Source: a virus
Lineage: Duplodnaviria; Caudoviricetes
IMG/VR virus record: IMGVR_UViG_3300046049_000003
Coordinates: 1 to 32,710 of that record
DNA: 32,710 nt
Reading direction: 5' to 3' (one strand)
Each line of letters opens with the position of its first letter. Within the stretch, counting starts at the first letter, position 1. The translations under genes and the position numbers were made by a program. Below, piece after piece: positions 27,622-32,710 of this stretch. Under the pieces are notes generated by a model. That model had not been told where the DNA came from. It was given only the letters and a program-made list of their open reading frames with translations, and made no database searches.

Positions 27622-28608
27622 CTACCAGTCAATACTGATTACATCCCGTAGCTCTGACTGACGGTCTCTGACCTTTTGACGGTCCTCCTCCATCTGGTCC
27701 TCATCTACCTCATCAAGAATTGCCCCCTCTATCATGTCCTCAAACTCCTGCCTGTGATACTCCTTTAGAGCGTTTAGCTCCACGTTTACGTCCTGTCCCC
27801 CACTGACATGAGTCATGAAGCGGTCCCTGATGGTCCGGTCTTTGTCAGAGGAGGATGGGGTGGGGTTTTCTGGGAGGTCATACTCCTGGATATGCTCCAC
27901 GTTTAGAGCTACCCTCTCAAAATTCAGACTGGGGGACCCATCTATGTTCTCCAGGACCCACCCATCCCAGGGACTGATGTCGTAATATTTCCGGTCAGAG
28001 GAGTCTGCCTTTTCGTCCCGGATTGGTAGTCCGTAGTGAGCCATAGTAGTCTGGACCGCCACTGGAGCATGGTAGCCACTGGGGTTAAAGTCCCCAAAGT
28101 AGAGGATTTTGACATCCTCCCCATCCTGGAGTTTTTCCCCAAGCCTCTGAGTGGCTCTGTAGATTTTAGAGTCGCTCCAGTCTCCTCTGGTAGCCTCCAG
28201 TCTGACATTATATTCCCTGCAGATGTTATCAAAGACAGACTCCAGGGAGGCTTTCTCTAACCAGACCTCTACATAGGTATCCTGGTTATTCCAGAAATTC
28301 TCATAATAGCTATTCCAGATACCCTGGACCATATCCTCTACAAAGTCCTCCGGGGATTCCCACCCCTCTGACACTCTGGTAGTAGCAGACCTGGATGTAT
28401 CTATGATCTGTGAGGGGTCAATGTAGCCTGCTCTCCGTCCCTTTTTGACTGCTCTGGCTACCTCCTCGTAATCGTATTGATGTCCTCTCGCCTCCAGAGC
28501 ATAGTAGAGGTCCCTGGAGGTCCTCTTTTCTCCGTTTTCCAGGAGGTCCTGGATGAGGCTAACTAGCTCTCTATACTTTGACCGTGGACTCCAGTCACTG
28601 TCTCTCAT
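27622..28608 (-). CDS. Topoisomerase VI-A/Spo11-like winged-helix plus TOPRIM protein
   Basis: TSRDLYYAL, VEVWLEK, ILYFGDFNPSG, ERVALN, ELNAL motifs. Confidence 0.8.
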   Translation of the reverse strand: MRDSDWSPRSKYRELVSLIQDLLENGEKRTSRDLYYALEARGHQYDYEEVARAVKKGRRAGYIDPSQIIDTSRSATTRVSEGWESPEDFVEDMVQGIWNSYYENFWNNQDTYVEVWLEKASLESVFDNICREYNVRLEATRGDWSDSKIYRATQRLGEKLQDGEDVKILYFGDFNPSGYHAPVAVQTTMAHYGLPIRDEKADSSDRKYYDISPWDGWVLENIDGSPSLNFERVALNVEHIQEYDLPENPTPSSSDKDRTIRDRFMTHVSGGQDVNVELNALKEYHRQEFEDMIEGAILDEVDEDQMEEDRQKVRDRQSELRDVISIDW

Positions 28609-28673
28609 CTGTGGTCATGGGATGACACTGCCTGCTATCCCTATATCACTATCAGATGGGGGAGTGGTATAAA
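28606..28673 (-). promoter_or_regulatory. Promoter and leader with both conserved boxes
   Basis: TTTATA 28668-28673, AGGCAGTGTCAT 28622-28633, GACCACAGATG 28606-28616. Confidence 0.75.
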
Positions 28674-28696
28674 CTTACCCCAACCCCAGAAAGTAG

Positions 28697-28771
28697 CAGG
28701 CAGGAGGGTATTTGAAACCCTGACCTGGAGGGTAGAAGCCTCACGCTCTATCCTGACTAAGCTACCTGCCT
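28697..28771 (-). tRNA. tRNA-Arg (anticodon UCU) with non-canonical features
   Basis: Cloverleaf: AGGCAGG TA GCTT AGTCAGGATA GAGC G TGAGG CTTCTAC CCTCC AGGTC AGGGT TTCAAAT ACCCT CCTGCCT G. Confidence 0.85.
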
Positions 28772-28840
28772 ACGAAAGCTGTGGTACCATCCCTGTACCT
28801 CTGACAGTGGTGGGATGGTGGTGGGGGTAAGGGGTGGGGT

Positions 28841-28894
28841 CAGGGGAGTGACTCTGTAGGCAGTGTCATGGACCACAGATGTCCTGCTCCCCTG
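28841..28894 (-). ncRNA. Candidate trans-acting antisense sRNA (three-way junction)
   Basis: CAGGGGAG/CTCCCCTG closing stem; two hairpins complementary to the leader boxes; TTTTATTA at 28919-28926 (about -25 to -32). Confidence 0.7.
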
Positions 28895-28936
28895 CAGGTG
28901 CATATAGTGAGGAGGGATTAATAAAACTGGCTCCAT

Positions 28937-28984
28937 CCCACTGACCCGCCACTGACATGGCCCCCGCCAGAGCGTCAGTATGGG
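28937..28984 (-). ncRNA. Second candidate small structured RNA
   Basis: CCCAtACTGAC/GTCAGTGGG closing stem with two inner hairpins; TATATTAA at 29003-29010. Confidence 0.4.
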
Positions 28985-29016
28985 TGTATCTCTGACTTAA
29001 ACTTAATATATCTCTG

Positions 29017-29103
29017 TCAGTGATACCAGAGTATCAATCCTGTCCATCCCAGGATGAGGAGCAGGGACAGAGTGAACACTATCCAGAGCAGCATACGGTC
29101 CAT
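29017..29103 (-). CDS. 28-aa single-TM peptide (MDRMLLWIVFTLSLLLILGWTGLILWYH)
   Basis: Hand translation; starts 2 nt after the upstream stop. Confidence 0.6.
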   Translation of the reverse strand: MDRMLLWIVFTLSLLLILGWTGLILWYH

Positions 29104-29105
29104 CC

Positions 29106-29573
29106 TCATGGGATGAGACCCATGAGCCAGGCTGCAGCCAGGACCAGCGTCAGGAGCGTCAGGAGGACTGTGAGGTAGCCTCTAGCTCTGCTGGTCCAGT
29201 GGTCAGAGTTGATGAGTGCTGCCAGATGACGGAGCCAGGCTAGGATAGCTCCGTGAGCAGGCAGGATGTGGTCCTGTGTCTGGATGACCTCCATCTGCAG
29301 TAACTGTCTCCTGGCGTCATAGTCAGACTGTATGATGACGGGTCTGCTATGCCTGTTACGGACCCAGACCTTTACCGGGACGCTCCTGATGTAGCCCCTC
29401 TCCAGAGCCTCATCCAGGCTCATCTCCTCCTCCTGCATGGAGTCCCAGTCCACGTAGAGGGTTTCTGACCCTACGTCATGATCCAGGGTCTGGCTGCTCC
29501 AGAGTGTCTGCTGCTCCCCTGTGGGAGTGTCTGACTGGCGGTCCTCCATCTCTTTGCGGTCTCTTAGGCTCAT
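29106..29573 (-). CDS. Hypothetical protein with C-terminal membrane anchor (start MSLRDRK)
   Basis: Start reassigned because a Zn-finger gene occupies 29578-29721. Confidence 0.7.
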   Translation of the reverse strand: MSLRDRKEMEDRQSDTPTGEQQTLWSSQTLDHDVGSETLYVDWDSMQEEEMSLDEALERGYIRSVPVKVWVRNRHSRPVIIQSDYDARRQLLQMEVIQTQDHILPAHGAILAWLRHLAALINSDHWTSRARGYLTVLLTLLTLVLAAAWLMGLIP

Positions 29574-29577
29574 ATTC

Positions 29578-29721
29578 CTAGCTCCTCTCCTCCCGGAGTT
29601 TACGCTCACTATGCACATGTCCATTTGTGCATTGGTAGAATGACTTTCCTGCCTCCTCAAAGAAGGGATTAGTCCGGTCCCCACAGTGAGGACAGTAGCG
29701 CCAGTCCGGGATGTCACTCAT
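29578..29721 (-). CDS. 47-aa CPxCG Zn-finger microprotein (MSDIPDWRYCPHCGDRTNPFFEEAGKSFYQCTNGHVHSERKLREERS)
   Basis: Hand translation; CPHCG...CTNGH; overlaps the upstream stop. Confidence 0.75.
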   Translation of the reverse strand: MSDIPDWRYCPHCGDRTNPFFEEAGKSFYQCTNGHVHSERKLREERS

Positions 29722-30484
29722 GGTCTGTCTCCTGGGACTGTATCTTATCCCGTTCCATCTCCGTCACTGCATTACGGACTGCAGCATGACGCTTAGTGTG
29801 CTTTTTCAGGGTGAAGAGGGTCAGGGTCCGGTCCATCTCCAGGAGGTCATCCACATCCCGCTTTGCCTGGAGCCAGTCAAACCGCTCCGTAGCCTCATCA
29901 TAGTTGGCTATGAGGCAGGACAGGACCGCTTTCTGGTCTACGGACTCCATGCAGAGTTTTAGGTCCAGGGTGGCCTGCTGCTCATCCTGCTCTGCTTTCA
30001 GTCCACGGAGGTCTGGCTCATCCATGTCCTGATGACCCCAGTAGGAGCGGTCATTTTGTGCGCCATGACGCTCTCTGACCTCATCCTCCAGGTCTTTGAT
30101 CCGCTCTGCAGTCTCTGGGTAGTGTGCCTCCAGGATGAGTAGCTCCACCTGGCGATTACCAAAGGCTCCACAGAGACACTCCCCGGAGTGATGGTAGGTC
30201 TGTTTAACGGGGGACCGGGGAAGGTCATGCTCCTCCATGTACTCTCTGCAGTCCTCCTCTGACCAGTGGAGGATGGGACTGTGCCAGACGTATTGTTTTG
30301 CCTCCTCCACTTTCTGGTCAGAGGTAGTCCTCATCCGCCGGTCAGACTCATCCTGACGTATGCCAGTGTCGATATGGAGGACTTTCTCCGTCTCTCCGCT
30401 CTCCATGCAGTAGTGGGTAGATACCAGGGAGTCATGCCCTCCACTAAACAGGCAGACGTGTTTAGGAGCATACTCCTCCGTCAT
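29714..30484 (-). pseudogene. PAPS-reductase-family (PP-loop) gene, in frame but apparently missing its central part
   Basis: SGGHDS PP-loop; HIDTGI fused directly to GIRQDESDRR; SPILHWS and SGECLCGAF motifs. Confidence 0.65.
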
Positions 30485-31221
30485 TTGAGCCACTCCCAGG
30501 GGGAGCGTCCCTCCTTGTATGCCTGCCTGACTTTCTGCTCTTTGCCTTCCCGTCTCTGCTTTACACTGTCAGAGGGGAGAGCTATCCCCATCTGATTCCA
30601 TTTGCGTCTGGCTGCAGTGATGGACTCCGGGGTGGTGGTCCGATACTCCCAGTCCTTGGGGACTCCGTAGACCTGACCCCCTGGGTCTCCGGTCCATCCT
30701 CCCCAGATGAGTCTCCACTGCAGGATGAGGTCTTTGTCAGAGTCCCTGGTCTCCGGGACATTGAGGAGGACCCATAACACCTGGTCCTCAAAGCCTACGG
30801 GAAGGTCCTGGATGTCTGCTCCCCGCTCCTCTAACTGCTCCTCCTGGCGGTCCCTGATGTAGGACTCCCACTCCTCCTCATCCTCCCACTCATTCCGTAT
30901 GTAGAGGTCCAGGTCTGCTGGTCCAAATTGGTCAGTCCGCTCTACGTCTCGTCTAGCTCTGACTATGCTGGCGTCAGACCGCTCCCCACTCCGGTCCTCC
31001 GGGATTGTGATGACCAGGTGGTTTGGGTTTTCTGATACTATATCCCACCCGTCATAGGTCAGATGGTAGTAGAGAGTCAGGAGGTCATCATGACGGAGGG
31101 TGTATGAGTGGTTTTTGCAGAGTCGCTCCACTCTGTAGTTTAGCGTCCTCTGCTCTGGCTTTTCCGTGGGTATTTTCATGCTTGTACCGTCATCCTCTGT
31201 GAATGTGTCCAGTGTGGTCAT
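30481..31221 (-). CDS. Hypothetical protein with two tandem homologous domains
   Basis: TLRHDDLL..GW..SDASIVRARR versus ETRDSDKDL..GW..TPESITAARR. Confidence 0.8.
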   Translation of the reverse strand: MTTLDTFTEDDGTSMKIPTEKPEQRTLNYRVERLCKNHSYTLRHDDLLTLYYHLTYDGWDIVSENPNHLVITIPEDRSGERSDASIVRARRDVERTDQFGPADLDLYIRNEWEDEEEWESYIRDRQEEQLEERGADIQDLPVGFEDQVLWVLLNVPETRDSDKDLILQWRLIWGGWTGDPGGQVYGVPKDWEYRTTTPESITAARRKWNQMGIALPSDSVKQRREGKEQKVRQAYKEGRSPWEWLK

Positions 31222-31655
31222 CCAAATGCCTCCGCTATTGATCGACAGTGGTCATGGTCCTCTATCCTGATGGAGTAATTACCCCGGTCTGTCTGATGAC
31301 AGGCTTTCACCTGCCTAAAGTACCATTGAGAGTGAGACCGGAGGTCTGGCTTTACAGCTAGCCAGGGTATGCCTCCCGCTCTCTGTGCTAGCTCTGATAG
31401 TTGTCCCCCCTCCTCTCTGTGGAAGGTGGCAGACCCATCAGGGTCTACCTTTAGCTCCACCAGGTGGACTGTGTGACGGTCTCCGTACCATGTCTGACGG
31501 TCTCCATACCGGACTGCTATGATGTCTGCTCTGGCTCTCTGGGTAGTCCCGCCAGAGCCAGGAGACCGCATAGCAGCATACCCATACTCATCCTCCAGAG
31601 TGTCAGAGAGGTCCCTCTCTGCTTTGACCCCTTTCCCCATGCTCATGACCTCCAT
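31218..31655 (-). CDS. hjc: Archaeal-type Holliday junction resolvase
   Basis: KGVKAERDL, AAMRSPGSGG, ADIIAV and VELK PD-(D/E)xK motifs. Confidence 0.9.
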   Translation of the reverse strand: MEVMSMGKGVKAERDLSDTLEDEYGYAAMRSPGSGGTTQRARADIIAVRYGDRQTWYGDRHTVHLVELKVDPDGSATFHREEGGQLSELAQRAGGIPWLAVKPDLRSHSQWYFRQVKACHQTDRGNYSIRIEDHDHCRSIAEAFG

Positions 31656-31670
31656 GTGTAGTGGTCCTCA

Positions 31671-32144
31671 TCAGTCATGGTTTACCCCCATATCTGCCAG
31701 TTTTACCTGGCTGCTCACCTCGTAGACATCTCCCCGCTTTTTTGCCTCCTCAATCTGTCTCTCTCCGGTCACTGCTACCAGGTCCTCACGGGGGACTCCC
31801 TCTCCAGGAGCGTCCTCCATCTCGCGGACCATACTACGGAGGCTCCGTGGCTCCTCTGGACTGTCGTCATCCCACTGCTCTGGGATATGCCAGTAGTCAC
31901 TGGGAGCGAGTATTAGCTGGATTTGGGTCCACGTCCTCTCATACGTCATGACGGAGAGACCCAGGTTATCCATGATGGACTCCAGTATTTCCTGTGCTAG
32001 CTCTGGCTCTCCACCTTTGAGATATTTGACCCTCATCACTGCCTGACCTCCAGAGGGGAAATTAACAGTCCCCACTCCGTTAACATCTAAGAGGATGTCT
32101 TTCCACGCCAGGAGGTCCTGGCGGTCTATCTCCCCCTCACTCAT
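31671..32144 (-). CDS. Hypothetical protein with C-terminal winged helix resembling the archaeal MCM C-terminus
   Basis: MVREMEDAPGEGVPREDLV...QIEEAKKRGDVYE; start MSEGEID. Confidence 0.65.
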   Translation of the reverse strand: MSEGEIDRQDLLAWKDILLDVNGVGTVNFPSGGQAVMRVKYLKGGEPELAQEILESIMDNLGLSVMTYERTWTQIQLILAPSDYWHIPEQWDDDSPEEPRSLRSMVREMEDAPGEGVPREDLVAVTGERQIEEAKKRGDVYEVSSQVKLADMGVNHD

Positions 32145-32370
32145 GGTCCTCTGCCTCCTCCAGACGGTCCAGAGCGGTCCCCATGATGTCATCCCAGGAC
32201 TGGGTTTTGCTCCCTACCAGGTCATCCAGTCTCCTGGCGTTATGGAGGGAGACTGCCAGGGTGTGAGTGAGGTCCTTAGCCACCTCCCGCTCCTGGTCAG
32301 TCCACTCTGCCACTGGCTTGTTACGTAGCTGCTCTTTGCTGATGTCCGTCTCTGTGTTTGGGTTACTCAT
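32137..32370 (-). CDS. Hypothetical protein
   Basis: 77-aa acidic ORF overlapping its neighbours. Confidence 0.7.
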   Translation of the reverse strand: MSNPNTETDISKEQLRNKPVAEWTDQEREVAKDLTHTLAVSLHNARRLDDLVGSKTQSWDDIMGTALDRLEEAEDHE

Positions 32371-32650
32371 GTGGTAGTCTCTGATGTTTTCCGTTATGCT
32401 CTGCAGTCTCCAGAGCCTCTAAATTTTCCGGGGAGTTATTCCAGAGGTCAGTATCCTTATGATGGACCTCCCTGGGGTCCTCCTCAAAACGGATATGGTC
32501 TATCTTTCCATGTGCGTATGCTACCAGCCTCTGGAGAGTGACACAGTATTTCTCCCCATCCTCGTAGTGGTAGAGCCTCCAGTAGCGGTCTGGACCTACC
32601 TCTATGGAGGGGTGGAGTGTCTGGGTTTTACCACTCTCCCAGGATGTCAT
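32363..32650 (-). CDS. HNH endonuclease-like protein (HNH_3 type)
   Basis: QRLVAYAHG..EVHHKDTDLWNNSPENLE..AEH; its 5' part is repeated at 1-93. Confidence 0.85.
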   Translation of the reverse strand: MTSWESGKTQTLHPSIEVGPDRYWRLYHYEDGEKYCVTLQRLVAYAHGKIDHIRFEEDPREVHHKDTDLWNNSPENLEALETAEHNGKHQRLPHE

Positions 32651-32710
32651 GTTCCCTCTGCGTCCTCCAGGAGGTCCTCTAACTTCCAGTCCTCATCCTC
32701 TGGGAGAGCT
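32646..32710. repeat. Second copy of 511-575 (2 mismatches), joined directly to the HNH start
   Basis: Direct comparison of the two segments. Confidence 0.95.

Noticed and set aside
28697-28771. tRNA as an attP integration site
   Set aside because: It is a full-length, divergent tRNA and no integrase is encoded
28841-28894. Box C/D guide RNA
   Set aside because: No RUGAUGA C box
28868-28944. Short + strand ORFs (17 and 21 aa) starting in the inverted motif copy
   Set aside because: Tiny, no suitably placed + strand TATA box, unlike the acidic proteome; a minus-strand RNA explains the locus better

Overview
The window is an essentially complete, circular or circularly permuted genome (about 32.1-32.6 kb) of a tailed haloarchaeal virus with siphovirus-type organisation. 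The proteome is very acidic, promoters have archaeal TATA boxes, and there is an archaeal Hjc resolvase. Nearly all genes are on the minus strand. An early/accessory block (HNH, Hjc, an internally deleted PAPS-reductase-family gene, Zn-finger microproteins, a Topo-VIA/Spo11-like TOPRIM protein) is followed by TerS, TerL, a portal-MuF fusion, a split prohead protease/scaffold, the MCP, neck and tail genes, and a candidate origin at 5.7-6.15 kb. No integrase, polymerase, primase or full helicase is recognisable. The most striking element is a non-coding cluster at 28.67-29.01 kb. It holds a tRNA-Arg(UCU) and a TATA-driven three-way-junction RNA of about 54 nt. The two arms of this RNA are exactly complementary to a bipartite motif (AGGCAGTGTCAT ... 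GACCACAG-ATG) at the start codons of seven scattered viral genes, making it a candidate multi-target antisense regulon analogous to P1 C4 or P4 CI RNA. The two window ends also capture two alleles that differ by one precisely inserted gene. All calls were made by eye; no searches or folding programs were run.
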